DNA from: Oscillospiraceae bacterium
GTDB taxonomy: Bacteria > Bacillota > Clostridia > Oscillospirales > UBA929
DNA: 57,250 bases
Reading direction: 5' to 3'
Assembly (NCBI GenBank): GCA_009777255.1
Contig: WRMG01000004.1
Location: forward strand, 1-57,250
Shown: positions 27,936 to 37,625 of the stretch, one piece after another
How the letters are laid out: each line of letters opens with the position of its first letter
Position numbering within the stretch: position 1 is the stretch's first letter
The notes under the pieces: model-generated
The model's input: the letters and a program-made list of their open reading frames with translations, nothing else
What the model was told of the DNA's origin: nothing
Database searches by the model: none
Position numbers and translations under genes: made by a program

Positions 27936-30900
27936 TTATCTTTACGTTTTCGGGGCCGAGGAGGGCGCGCAGGCGGGTAAGCAGGCGTTCGTCGGGGGTG
28001 CATTTGCCGCCGATGCGCTTGTTTGTCTTTTGTGATACTATCGTTACGGGCGTCGAGCCGGGGAAGAAGCCCAGCATCGCCTTGACGCGCTCCGTGCCGT
28101 CCGGCACGCGGATATACAGGTGTTCGCGCGCGGCGGCGGCGGCGGGGGCGGCGCGCCCTACAACGTGGGAGAGCGGCGTTATCTCGTCGGCGAGGATTTG
28201 GGGGTCTTTGTCCTCGCGGGTGGAATACTTGCCCTTTACCTGTACGACCTCGCCGCTTTTCAGATACTCGCCCGAGCGGCGTATGACATTTGAGAATACC
28301 AGCAGCTCTATCGCCGCCGTCGCGTCCTCGAGCGTTACATAGGACATGAGCGAGTTGTTGCGCGCGGTCTTGGTGGACACATGCGAGATCATTCCGGCGA
28401 CGGTGACGGTCTGGTTGTCCTCAAACTCCGAATCCTCCCCGAGCAGCTTGGATATTTGAGTTGTGCCCGCGCCGGCCAGCGCGTCCTTAAATTCGTCCAT
28501 GGGATGGCCCGAGAAATACATGCCGCAGGTTTCTTTCTCCTGGCTGAGCCGCTTTTTAATGTCCAGCTCGGGAATATCGGGCAGAGTAGCCTCCGGCGCC
28601 TCCTCCGAGGTGAAAAATCCGATCTGGCCTTCGGTGACGCTTTTGCGCTCGTGCGACGCGGACTCCAGCTCAGCCTCGTAGATTTCCAGCAGCTGGCTTC
28701 TTCGGCCGAAGCTGTCCATGGCGCCGGACATGATAAGGTTTTCAAGCGCGCGCTTGTTCAGGTCGTATTTCAGCATACGCTCGCAGAACGAGCGCAGGCC
28801 CGTGAAATCGCCGGCGGCGGCGCGCTCGTTTATAAGCGCGCTTACGAAGCCCGCGCCGACGTTTTTTACCGCCACCAGCCCGAAGCGGATGCCGTCGTCG
28901 CCGGCGGAGAATACCGCCGCCGAGCGGTTTATATCGGGCGGGAGAACGCTTATGCCCATCTCGCGCGTCGCCGCGACGTATTCCGCCACCTTGCCCTGCC
29001 AGTCGAGAACAGATGTGAGCAGCGCGGCCATGTATTCCTTGGGGAAATGGTATTTCATATAGGCGGTCTGATAGGCGATGACGGCGTAGCTTACGGCGTG
29101 AGCCTTGTTGAACGCGTAGTTGGCGAAGTCGAGTATCTCGTCGAAAATCGAGCGCGCGGTCGGCTCGTCCACGCCGTTTGACACCGCGCCGGTGATGAAC
29201 GCGTCGCGCTCGCGCGCCAGCTCCTTCAGCTTTTTCTTGGACATCGCGCGGCGCACCAGATCCGCGTGGCCCAGTGAGAAGCCGCCCAAACGGCGCAGGA
29301 TCTCAAGCACCTGCTCCTGATAGACGATACAGCCGTAGGTGACCTCCAGCATATCCTTTAGCAGGGGGTGCTTGTAGGTGACTTTGTTCAGGTTGTGCTT
29401 GCTCTCAATAAAGCGCGGGATGGAGTCCATGGGGCCGGGGCGGTAGAGGGCGACGGTGGCGGTGATGTCCTCGATGGAATGGGGCTTCAGCCCGACGCAC
29501 ACGCCGGTCATGCCCGAGCTTTCCAGCTGGAACACGCCCGCCGTTTCGCCGCGCGACAGCATGTCGAACACGTCTTTGTCGTCGTCGGGGATGTTTTCCA
29601 GAGTGAACCCGGGCTTTTTGGATTTTATCAGCTCCACCGCGTTATATAGAATCGTCAGGTTTCGCAGGCCGAGGAAGTCCATTTTCAAGAGGCCCAGCTC
29701 TTCCAGCGTGTTCATGGGGAACTGGGTGACTATGGCCTCGTCGTTGCGCGCCAGCGGGACATATTCGCTGACCGGCTCGGCCGTGACCAGCACGCCGGCG
29801 GCGTGTGTGGAGGCGTGGCGCGGCATACCCTCGAGCCGGCGCGCCATGTCTATGAGGCGCTTGACGCGCTCGTCGCCGTCGTAGTATTCGCGCAGCCTGG
29901 GGGATACTCTGAGGGCGTTGTCCAGCGTCATGTTCACGGCGAACGGTATCAGCTTGGCGATGATGTCGGCCTCGGCGTACGGGTAATTGAGCGCTCTCGC
30001 CACGTCGCGCACGGCGGCGCGCGCCGCCATGGTGCCGAACGTGACGATCTGCGCGACTCTGTCCGCGCCGTATTTGCCGATGACGTAGTTGATGACCTCC
30101 TGACGGCGGTTGACGCAGAAGTCGATGTCTATATCAGGCATACTGACGCGCTCGGGGTTGAGGAACCGCTCGAAGTACAGCGCGTAACGCATGGGATCGA
30201 CGTCGGTTATCTCGAGGCAGTACGACACCATGCTGCCCGCCGCCGAGCCGCGTCCCGGGCCGACGGGGATGCCGCTGCTTCTGGCGAACGCGATAAAGTC
30301 GTGGACGATGAGGAAATAGTCCACATAGCCCATGCGGATTATCATATCCAGCTCGAAGTTAAGGCGCTCCCTGTGTTCGGGCATGGAATCCGGCGGACAC
30401 TGCCCGCAGTAGCGTTTTTCAAAGCCTTTGTCGCACAGCTCGCGCAGATAGCTTTCGGCGCTTTTTTTGCCCTTGGGCAGCTTGAAGCGCGGCAGCCGCT
30501 GTTTGCCGAACTCTATTTCGACGTTGCAGCGCTCGGCGATAAGCGCGGTATTCGTGATGGCCTCGGGGTGTTTGGGGAACATGGCAAGCATCTCGTCGCA
30601 GGACTTGATATGCAGGCCCAGGCCCTCGTAGCTCATTCTGTCGGCGTCCTCGACGGTTTTGCCGGTCTGGATGCACATAAGCACGTCCTGCGCCTCGGCG
30701 TCGTCCTCGGAGATATAGTGGCAGTCGTTGGTGGCGGCCAGCGGGAGGTTCAGCTCCTTCGCCAGACGCAGGATGCCCGCGTTTATCTCGGCGTTTTCGG
30801 GCGTGCCGTGGTCCTGAAGCTCGAGAAAGAAATTGTCTTTGCCGAACAGATTTGAGTAATACAGCGCGGTTTCTTTGGCGCGGCTGTAATCGCGCGCGAG

Positions 30901-31341
30901 TATCGCCTTTGGTATCTCGCCGGCGGTACACGCCGAGAGGGCGATAAGCCCCTCATGGTGTTTTTCCAGAAGCTCCCTGTCAACGCGCGGCTTGACGTAA
31001 AAGCCGTCGATAAACGCGAGCGAAACGAGCTTCAGCAGGTTTTGATACCCTGTGTTGTTCTCGCACAGCAGCACCAGATGATAGCGCTCGCTGTCAAGCT
31101 CGTGGGTCTTGTCAAAGCGCGAGCGCTTTGCCACGTATACCTCGCAGCCGATGATGGGCTTGACGCCGGCAGCCTTTGCCGCCTTGTAGAAATCTATGAC
31201 GCCGTACATAACGCCGTGGTCGGTTATCGCGGCGGCGGACTGCCCCAGCTCCTTAACGCGGTCGAAGAGCCTGTTTATGCGGCACGCGCCGTCAAGCAGG
31301 CTGTATTCGGTATGCAGGTGCAGATGAACAAAATCAGACAT
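27919..31341 (-). CDS. dnaE: DNA polymerase III alpha subunit
   Basis: FVHLHLHTEYSLLDG, GPGRGSAAGS, PDIDIDF, KMDFLGL, YAFNKAHA, C-terminal OB fold. Confidence 0.98.
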   Translation of the reverse strand: MSDFVHLHLHTEYSLLDGACRINRLFDRVKELGQSAAAITDHGVMYGVIDFYKAAKAAGVKPIIGCEVYVAKRSRFDKTHELDSERYHLVLLCENNTGYQNLLKLVSLAFIDGFYVKPRVDRELLEKHHEGLIALSACTAGEIPKAILARDYSRAKETALYYSNLFGKDNFFLELQDHGTPENAEINAGILRLAKELNLPLAATNDCHYISEDDAEAQDVLMCIQTGKTVEDADRMSYEGLGLHIKSCDEMLAMFPKHPEAITNTALIAERCNVEIEFGKQRLPRFKLPKGKKSAESYLRELCDKGFEKRYCGQCPPDSMPEHRERLNFELDMIIRMGYVDYFLIVHDFIAFARSSGIPVGPGRGSAAGSMVSYCLEITDVDPMRYALYFERFLNPERVSMPDIDIDFCVNRRQEVINYVIGKYGADRVAQIVTFGTMAARAAVRDVARALNYPYAEADIIAKLIPFAVNMTLDNALRVSPRLREYYDGDERVKRLIDMARRLEGMPRHASTHAAGVLVTAEPVSEYVPLARNDEAIVTQFPMNTLEELGLLKMDFLGLRNLTILYNAVELIKSKKPGFTLENIPDDDKDVFDMLSRGETAGVFQLESSGMTGVCVGLKPHSIEDITATVALYRPGPMDSIPRFIESKHNLNKVTYKHPLLKDMLEVTYGCIVYQEQVLEILRRLGGFSLGHADLVRRAMSKKKLKELARERDAFITGAVSNGVDEPTARSIFDEILDFANYAFNKAHAVSYAVIAYQTAYMKYHFPKEYMAALLTSVLDWQGKVAEYVAATREMGISVLPPDINRSAAVFSAGDDGIRFGLVAVKNVGAGFVSALINERAAAGDFTGLRSFCERMLKYDLNKRALENLIMSGAMDSFGRRSQLLEIYEAELESASHERKSVTEGQIGFFTSEEAPEATLPDIPELDIKKRLSQEKETCGMYFSGHPMDEFKDALAGAGTTQISKLLGEDSEFEDNQTVTVAGMISHVSTKTARNNSLMSYVTLEDATAAIELLVFSNVIRRSGEYLKSGEVVQVKGKYSTREDKDPQILADEITPLSHVVGRAAPAAAAAREHLYIRVPDGTERVKAMLGFFPGSTPVTIVSQKTNKRIGGKCTPDERLLTRLRALLGPENVKIINNDQ

Positions 31342-31376
31342 AAGCTCCCTTTCCGGCGCGATTGAGGGATCGCGCG

Positions 31377-32252
31377 CTACGCTTGATCGCCCATTTCCAT
31401 CAGCTTTCTCAGTCTGTGATTTACGCCCGATTTGCCGACGCCCGCGCGTTCGGCAAGCTCGGAGAGCGTATCCTCGGGGTACTCCAGCCTTAACCGCGCC
31501 GTCTGCCGGAGCGGCTCGGGCAGCCCGTCCCATTTTTGCGACGCTTTAAGCCGTCTTATGGCGCCGCACTGCGCGGCGCTTGTATCCAGAGTCTTGCCAA
31601 GATTCGCGGTTTCGCAGTTTACTATACGGTTTATGTTGTTGCGCACGTCCTTTTCAACCTTCGCCTCCATAATTGCCATTGTGCATACAGGCGCTCCGCA
31701 CAGCGTGAGGAAATCCTCGATATAGCCGGAGTCCTTGTAGTATAGCACCTGATGTCCCGAGCGGCTTGTGGTTTTGGGGGGCAGCTCCATTTCGCGCAGC
31801 AGTGTGTCGATCTGGCGCGAGAGCGTGACATGCGGCGTTATTATCTCGAGATGATATTTTTTCGCGGGGTTTGACACGAAGCCGCCCGCCAAAAACACCC
31901 CGCGTATGAACGATATTTGGCAGCATTCGTCCTCGATGACCGCGCGGTTAAGCTGGACGGAGATCCTGAGCGATTTGTCGTGCCCGAACGCGGCGGCCAG
32001 CTCCGACGGGTACGGCACGCTTATCAGGATTTTGCCGACCTGACCGCGCAATTCCGGCCCGCGCCCGAACGCGAACTCCAAAAGCCCGCGCACTCTGGCG
32101 GGGAAGCTCTCGTGGCCGGTTATAAGCGCCACCTCGTCGGGGGTGAATCTCAGCCCCAGCAAAAAGCACCCGTAAAGCTCCGCGCGCGCGCAGCACTCGC
32201 GGCGGACGGGCGTTTTGCACATCTCGGTTTTGCAATCGGACGAAAACGACAT
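31377..32252 (-). CDS. whiA: DNA-binding protein WhiA
   Basis: MSFSSDCKTE, FIRGVFLAGG..SNP.KKYHLE, NRIVNCETANL, KSGVNHRLRK. Confidence 0.95.
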   Translation of the reverse strand: MSFSSDCKTEMCKTPVRRECCARAELYGCFLLGLRFTPDEVALITGHESFPARVRGLLEFAFGRGPELRGQVGKILISVPYPSELAAAFGHDKSLRISVQLNRAVIEDECCQISFIRGVFLAGGFVSNPAKKYHLEIITPHVTLSRQIDTLLREMELPPKTTSRSGHQVLYYKDSGYIEDFLTLCGAPVCTMAIMEAKVEKDVRNNINRIVNCETANLGKTLDTSAAQCGAIRRLKASQKWDGLPEPLRQTARLRLEYPEDTLSELAERAGVGKSGVNHRLRKLMEMGDQA

Positions 32253-32309
32253 GGTATCACCTCTGGGAGTTTCGCGGGGCGCCCAGTGTGCGACCCCTGC
32301 ATATCCCTG

Positions 32310-32837
32310 TCAACAGCTGTCCTTATATGTTATGTCCAGTCCGCGCTTTGCGTAAATCTCCAATATCAGGGGCTGCTTGCCGTCGATGTAGGCGTCGATA
32401 TTATGCGGGAATTTTTCAGCCATTTCCAGTTTAACGCGGCTGTATTTATCACGGTACTCTTCGCTGACCCTGAGAAAATCGCGCAGAGCCAAATGGCGCG
32501 TTAATTCGTCGGCGTCCTTTTCGCAGACGTATAGGTGATGCTCCATTAAATGGGGTTTGTTTTCGTAGCCGAACGCCTCGCGGCCATGTATGCCCAAATC
32601 GCCGATATGGCTGTAGCCTATGCCGTTTAAGCGGCTTTCGACCGCTTGGAACGTATTGTTGTCAATGACTATGTCAATGTCGATGACCGGCTTTGCGTAT
32701 AATCCGGTGACGGAGGTGCTGCCGACATGCTCGACGGCAAGCGCCAGACCGCCGAGCGCGCGCGTCAGCTCGGACTTGATACGCTCGAACTCTCCGGCCC
32801 ATTCGGGATTATGCGGGACGACGGTGATTTTCCTCAT
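32310..32837 (-). CDS. GrpB/UPF0157 nucleotidyltransferase-fold protein
   Basis: VEHVGSTSVTGLYAKPVIDID, HHLYV, LRDFLR, Y..GK. Confidence 0.9.
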   Translation of the reverse strand: MRKITVVPHNPEWAGEFERIKSELTRALGGLALAVEHVGSTSVTGLYAKPVIDIDIVIDNNTFQAVESRLNGIGYSHIGDLGIHGREAFGYENKPHLMEHHLYVCEKDADELTRHLALRDFLRVSEEYRDKYSRVKLEMAEKFPHNIDAYIDGKQPLILEIYAKRGLDITYKDSC

Positions 32838-32839
32838 GA

Positions 32840-33910
32840 TTACAGTCTGCCCTCCAGCCAGCTCAGCATACAGTTGTCCAGCGAGCCCAGCTCGCCGTCG
32901 CGCGGCTTTTTATCGACCATCAGCCTGAGCAGCTCGTATGCCAGACTGCGGGGATTGTGGCGGGCGTAGTTATGCTGCTTGCCGAAAAGCGGGCGGGCGA
33001 TCAGCTCGACGGCGCCGCCTTCAAACGCTGTTTCATCGACCTCTATGTACTCGGCGCGTTCGGATCTGTAGCGCTCGAGGATCTCGGGCGGGACCGGCGC
33101 GTTGTTGACCAGACAGTATTGGAAAAGCCCCTCGCGGGAGTGCGCTATAAGCTCATGCACATGGTCGTGGGCCGTATAGCCCTCGCTCTCGCCCTCCTGC
33201 GTCATAACGTTGCAGACATAGACCTTCAGCGCGTCGGCGTCCATTATGGCGTCAACGACGCCGTCAACCAGCAGATTGGGGATAACGCTGGTGTAAATGC
33301 TTCCCGGCCCGAGGACGATATACTCCGCCTCGCGTATGGCCTTCAGCGCGCTGGGCAGCGCGGGCGGGCTTTGCGGCACAAGCCGCACGCAGCGGATGCG
33401 GCAGTCCTGCGCCTTTTTGAAGTTGAAAATTTTGGATTCGCCCAGCACCTTGGCGCCGTTTTCAAATTCGGCCTCGAGATACACGTCCGAGGTGGTGACG
33501 GGCATGACGCGCCCCGTGACCGCCAGCACGTCGTGCATACGCTCCACGGCTTGGTCGAACGTGGGGCTGATGTCGTTCAGCGCCGCCAGCAGGAGGTTCC
33601 CGAAGCTGTGGCCGCCGAACGCGCCGCCCTCGAAGCGGTAATTCATCAGCTGTTCCATCAGCGGCTCGGTGTTCGCCAGCGCCATCATGCAGTTGCGTAT
33701 GTCGCCGGGCGGGGGCATACTGCGGTCATGGCGCAGGTAGCCGGAGCTGCCGCCGTCGTCGCTTACGGCGACGATCGCCGTTATGTTGGCCGACACCTCC
33801 TTCAGCCCGCGCAGCATTGTGGAGAGTCCGGTGCCGCCGCCGATGGCGACTATCCGCGGTCCCATGAGATGTGATTCCCTGATATAACCCGGGGTATTTG
33901 TCATAATCAA
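32840..33910 (-). CDS. yvcK: YvcK/GlmR gluconeogenesis and cell-shape factor
   Basis: IGGGTGLS, DDGGSSG, PPGDIRN, GHSFGNL, GPGSIYTSVIPNL. Confidence 0.93.
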   Translation of the reverse strand: MIMTNTPGYIRESHLMGPRIVAIGGGTGLSTMLRGLKEVSANITAIVAVSDDGGSSGYLRHDRSMPPPGDIRNCMMALANTEPLMEQLMNYRFEGGAFGGHSFGNLLLAALNDISPTFDQAVERMHDVLAVTGRVMPVTTSDVYLEAEFENGAKVLGESKIFNFKKAQDCRIRCVRLVPQSPPALPSALKAIREAEYIVLGPGSIYTSVIPNLLVDGVVDAIMDADALKVYVCNVMTQEGESEGYTAHDHVHELIAHSREGLFQYCLVNNAPVPPEILERYRSERAEYIEVDETAFEGGAVELIARPLFGKQHNYARHNPRSLAYELLRLMVDKKPRDGELGSLDNCMLSWLEGRL

Positions 33911-34266
33911 TTCGCCTCCGTAATATCTCTATGCCCGGCCTCGGCCTTAAAATGCCTCGCCAAACGCTCGGCGACGGCCACCGAACGGTGGCGGCCGCCG
34001 GTGCAGCCTATGGCTATGGTCAGCTTTTCGCGGCCGTCGCGCTGAAACTGCGGGATCACGAAATCTAAAAAACCGCAGAGCCGCTCGAAAAATTCGCGGC
34101 TGTTTTCAAAGCTGAACACATAATCGCTGACCGGCGCGTCCAGACCCGTCTGTTCCCGCAGCCCGTCCACATAGAACGGGTTTGTCAGGAACCTGACGTC
34201 GAACATCATGTCGGTTTCTTTTGGCATACCGTACTTGAATCCAAATGTAAGAAATTTTAACGTCAT
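33907..34266 (-). CDS. rapZ: RapZ/YvcJ C-terminal domain only
   Basis: TFGFKYG, FDVRFLTNPFY, IAIGCTGGRHRSV, HRDI; the N-terminal P-loop domain is absent. Confidence 0.85.
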   Translation of the reverse strand: MTLKFLTFGFKYGMPKETDMMFDVRFLTNPFYVDGLREQTGLDAPVSDYVFSFENSREFFERLCGFLDFVIPQFQRDGREKLTIAIGCTGGRHRSVAVAERLARHFKAEAGHRDITEAN

Positions 34267-35169
34267 TTATCCTATCACCTTAATTTCCGGTTTTAGCTCC
34301 ACTCCCGTTTTCGCCAGCACCGTTTTTTGTATAATCTCGATAAGCTTTAACACGTCGGCGCATTTAGCGCCGCCGGTATTGACTATGAACCCCGCGTGCT
34401 TCTCCGACACCTTGGCGCCGCCGACGGCCAGACCTTTAAGCCCGCACTGCTCGATAAGCCCGCCGGCAAAATGGCCCTCGGGACGCTTGAACACGCTGCC
34501 CGCGCTGGGCTGGGACATCGGCTGTCTCGCGCGGCGGCGCTCGGCGTAATCGTCCATATCGCGCCTTATGTCCAGAGAGTGGCCGTATTTCAGGACCGCG
34601 CTTGTTTCCAGTATAAGACAGTCGGCGGCGTCGGTGAAATAGCCGCGGCGGTATCCGAAATTATGCTCCGCCCCGTTAAGCTCGCGCCGTTCGCCGTCAC
34701 TGCCGAGAAACACCGTGCGGGCGATGACGTCGCTCATCTGGCCGCCGTACGCGCCCGCGTTCATGTATAAAGCGCCGCCGACGGTGCCGGGGATGCCGTG
34801 CGCGAACGCCAGACCCTTCAGCTCGGCGTTGCACGCGACGACCGCCATTTTGGACAGCCGCGCGCCGCACTGCGCCGTTACCGTATCGCCGTCAGCCGTC
34901 ACGCCGTTCAGGCCGGTAAGCCTGATGACCGTGCCCCTTAGCCCCGCGTCGGAGACGAGGATGTTGGAGCCGTTGCCCAGCAGATATACCGGCTGTCCCG
35001 TTTCGTGGGCGCGCTTCCAGACGAGGCAAAGCTCGTCCGTATCGCGCGGCGACACCATAAGGTCGGCGCGCCCGCCGATACGAAACGACGTGTAGTCGCG
35101 CATATCGACGCGCTCGCGTATATCCGTATCGGGGAAAACGGCGCGTATTTCGTCGGCGAAAGATGTCAT
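34267..35169 (-). CDS. murB: UDP-N-acetylmuramate dehydrogenase
   Basis: TSFRIGG, LGNGSNILVSD, GIPGTVGGALYMNAGAYG, QP...PSAGSVFKRP, SEKHAGF. Confidence 0.96.
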   Translation of the reverse strand: MTSFADEIRAVFPDTDIRERVDMRDYTSFRIGGRADLMVSPRDTDELCLVWKRAHETGQPVYLLGNGSNILVSDAGLRGTVIRLTGLNGVTADGDTVTAQCGARLSKMAVVACNAELKGLAFAHGIPGTVGGALYMNAGAYGGQMSDVIARTVFLGSDGERRELNGAEHNFGYRRGYFTDAADCLILETSAVLKYGHSLDIRRDMDDYAERRRARQPMSQPSAGSVFKRPEGHFAGGLIEQCGLKGLAVGGAKVSEKHAGFIVNTGGAKCADVLKLIEIIQKTVLAKTGVELKPEIKVIG

Positions 35170-35192
35170 AGAGCCTCCAAAGAAAATTAATG

Positions 35193-36140
35193 TCAGCAGC
35201 TCTGCTTGCCCAGCATGGCGGCGCCGATGACGCCCGCGTCGTTGCCCAGCTCCGCGACGCGGATGAGCGTCTGCTTGGGGGAACCCTTGAACTGCTCCTT
35301 CCGAGTCTGCTCGATGAGCGGGAGCATGAGATAGTCGCCCTCGTTGCAGACGCCGCCGCCGATGCAAACCATCTCCGGCTGGAACACGTTTATCATGTTC
35401 GCCAGCCCCGCGGCGAGATATTTTATATACTTGTCAACAACGGCGCGCGCGCTCGGGTCGCCCTTGCGGGCCGCGACGAACGCCGTCCGCGCGCTGACCT
35501 TGCCCTCCTCGGCGGCGGCCGCGTATAAAAGGCTCTTTTTGTCGGACTCCATGGCCTCTCTGGTCATGCGGATAAGTCCGGTCGCGGAGCTGTAAGCCTC
35601 CCAGCAGCCGTTACGGCCGCAGGTGCAGGGGCAGCCGTCAACCTCGACGACCATATGCCCGACCTCGCCGCCGTCGCCGTTGAATCCCGAGTATATTCTG
35701 CGGTTTATGACGATGCCGCCGCCAAGCCCCGTCCCCAGCGTGAACAGCAGCGCGGAATCGCAGTCCTTTGCCGCGCCGGCGTAAACCTCGCCCAGCGCCG
35801 CGGCGTTGGCGTCGTTGCCGACATAGATGGGGCGGCCGATGCTCTCGCCGAGGATTTTAACGACGGGTGTGTTGCGGAACGGGAGGTTTCCGGCAAATAC
35901 GAACACGCCGTTTTCGGCGTCGATGGAGCCCGGGGAACCGACCCCGACCCACTTGACCTCGTCCATGCCGATCCCGGCCTTTGCCGCCAGCTCATGGCAC
36001 AGCCGCGCGACGTCCGCCAGGACTTCCTCAGCGCCGCGCTGGGGCTTTGTGGGGGTTTTCAGCTTTTCGATTATTTGGCAGTCGTCGTTTACCAGACCCG
36101 CCACCAGATTTGTTCCGCCGATGTCAACTCCGATGTACAT
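35193..36140 (-). CDS. ROK family glucokinase
   Basis: IGVDIGGT, NDANAAALGE, TLGTGLGGG, GEVGHM, CTCGRNGCWE. Confidence 0.92.
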   Translation of the reverse strand: MYIGVDIGGTNLVAGLVNDDCQIIEKLKTPTKPQRGAEEVLADVARLCHELAAKAGIGMDEVKWVGVGSPGSIDAENGVFVFAGNLPFRNTPVVKILGESIGRPIYVGNDANAAALGEVYAGAAKDCDSALLFTLGTGLGGGIVINRRIYSGFNGDGGEVGHMVVEVDGCPCTCGRNGCWEAYSSATGLIRMTREAMESDKKSLLYAAAAEEGKVSARTAFVAARKGDPSARAVVDKYIKYLAAGLANMINVFQPEMVCIGGGVCNEGDYLMLPLIEQTRKEQFKGSPKQTLIRVAELGNDAGVIGAAMLGKQSC

Positions 36141-36185
36141 AATAAGCCTCCTCTATAATATGTTTGCAAATGATAATTAAGGTAC

Positions 36186-36725
36186 TTATACGGTGAGATT
36201 ATACTCGCTTCTTAATATTCGCATCATAATGAAATCGCTGAACTTCCCGTTATGGAAGTATCCCTGCTCTTGAATACCCTCTTTCTTGAATCCAAGCCGT
36301 TCCCAATACTTCATGGCTTGTGTATTCAACGCGACAACGCCGATTGATACACGGTTCATGCTGTGATAACGGAAAGCTCTGTCTAACATCAGCCGCCCCG
36401 CTTCAATGCCATATCCTTTGCCTTGATCGTCAGGATTGGGAATAATCATCGACATGTCCGTACAATGCCAATGGCGCCACATACGGAGAAATCCGGTTTC
36501 ACCGACAATCCGGCCGGAAATATCAGTAATTGCGTACCATTCTTCTTCGGCTGTTTCCGGACGCTGTATTTTCTTCAGTTCATATTCAAAGGTTGTCGGT
36601 TCATGGAATCCGCATTGAAACATAACCTTTGACTCATTATACCAGCGGGCAAAAAATGCCGCGTCCCCGTCGCATAAAGCTCTTAGAACGACTTTTTTTC
36701 CGTGAATTGGTTCTTTCACCGGCAA
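36186..36725 (-). CDS. GNAT acetyltransferase (RimJ/RimL-like)
   Basis: GKKVVLR, QGKGYG, N..A.KYWERLGFKKEG, D.I.MRILRSE. Confidence 0.85.
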   Translation of the reverse strand: MPVKEPIHGKKVVLRALCDGDAAFFARWYNESKVMFQCGFHEPTTFEYELKKIQRPETAEEEWYAITDISGRIVGETGFLRMWRHWHCTDMSMIIPNPDDQGKGYGIEAGRLMLDRAFRYHSMNRVSIGVVALNTQAMKYWERLGFKKEGIQEQGYFHNGKFSDFIMMRILRSEYNLTV

Positions 36726-36788
36726 TCTATCCTCACTAAATATAAAATTTCTATATCCGGCGCGCCGCGGTTTGCTTATATTATGGGG

Positions 36789-37148
36789 CTATCGCTCCAG
36801 ATGCTTTAGTATTTCGAGCAGTTCTTCTTTCTCCAGCTTGCCGTAAACTTCCAAATCGCCGGAAAAGCCCCCCTGAGATATTCCGTTTGTGAAGCCATAA
36901 TGATATTGTATGCCGGCTTCGTTTTCAAATTCTACATACCCCGTCCATTCGGCATAGCCCAGGAATAAACCGGCGAATGAGTGCTTTACTGAAATATCTC
37001 TTATTTCAGAGGCTGAATATCCTTTGCTTTCCAAATAAGCGAGCAAATTTTTTGTACGGGCCGAGCTGCCGGAAACAGAGTAGATTCCGCAACAAACCGC
37101 AATTAATATTACAGCAGATAATATGCCGGCAATTATTTTCTTTTTCAA
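36789..37148 (-). CDS. Small exported/membrane-anchored hypothetical protein (DUF3139-like)
   Basis: MKKK plus hydrophobic helix; YLESKGY...I, VEFENE..I.Y.Y. Confidence 0.6.
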   Translation of the reverse strand: MKKKIIAGILSAVILIAVCCGIYSVSGSSARTKNLLAYLESKGYSASEIRDISVKHSFAGLFLGYAEWTGYVEFENEAGIQYHYGFTNGISQGGFSGDLEVYGKLEKEELLEILKHLER

Positions 37149-37177
37149 TTTTTCACTCTCCGGCAGCTTACTTATTT

Positions 37178-37399
37178 TTAGATTCTGCTGTTATAGTTGT
37201 CTATTGACATATCTATATCTTTCAGAATCTTACGTATCAATGACCTATCTAAATCCACCGCGTGCATTGGGACAACTGTGGTACGCCCGTCGGCGTGCCG
37301 GTAAAAACGATGGCTTCCTTTTTGCCTTATGGCGGCAAATCCGTCATTTTCCAACAGCTTACACATGTCGGCGCTTGATATTATTTTTAGTTTGCTCAT
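37178..37399 (-). CDS. hicA: HicA family toxin
   Basis: LENDGF..IRQKGSH..YRH.DGRTTVVPMH. Confidence 0.92.
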   Translation of the reverse strand: MSKLKIISSADMCKLLENDGFAAIRQKGSHRFYRHADGRTTVVPMHAVDLDRSLIRKILKDIDMSIDNYNSRI

Positions 37400-37611
37400 A
37401 CTGCAATCTCTATCTGCTGAACGCCTATAAATTTTGCGGAGACCGGAACATCGTCTTCTATTTCAAGGCACAATTCTATAACCTCATGAATTTTTTCCAG
37501 TAACACAGGTATCGTATCGGCCTGCGTGTAGCAGCTTTTTAATGAGGGCACTGTCGCAATATAAGCGCCGTCTTCCCCCTGTTCGATTAACACGGTAAAA
37601 TTATATCTCAT
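37396..37611 (-). CDS. hicB: HicB family antitoxin (short form, no DNA-binding domain)
   Basis: FTVLIEQGEDGAYIATVPSLKSCYTQADT; start may be GTG 37623. Confidence 0.9.
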   Translation of the reverse strand: MRYNFTVLIEQGEDGAYIATVPSLKSCYTQADTIPVLLEKIHEVIELCLEIEDDVPVSAKFIGVQQIEIAV

Positions 37612-37625
37612 GTTATACAACACTC

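Noticed and set aside
31342-31533. N-terminal extension of dnaE
   Set aside because: Overlaps whiA in another frame; the conserved start is MSDFVHLH at 31341, with an RBS.
34267-34400. Frameshifted N-terminal half of rapZ
   Set aside because: This space is occupied by the intact murB C-terminus, and no P-loop remnant is seen.
36186-37623. Integron cassette array
   Set aside because: No integron integrase in the window and no convincing attC (RYYYAAC...GTTRRRY) structures between the genes.
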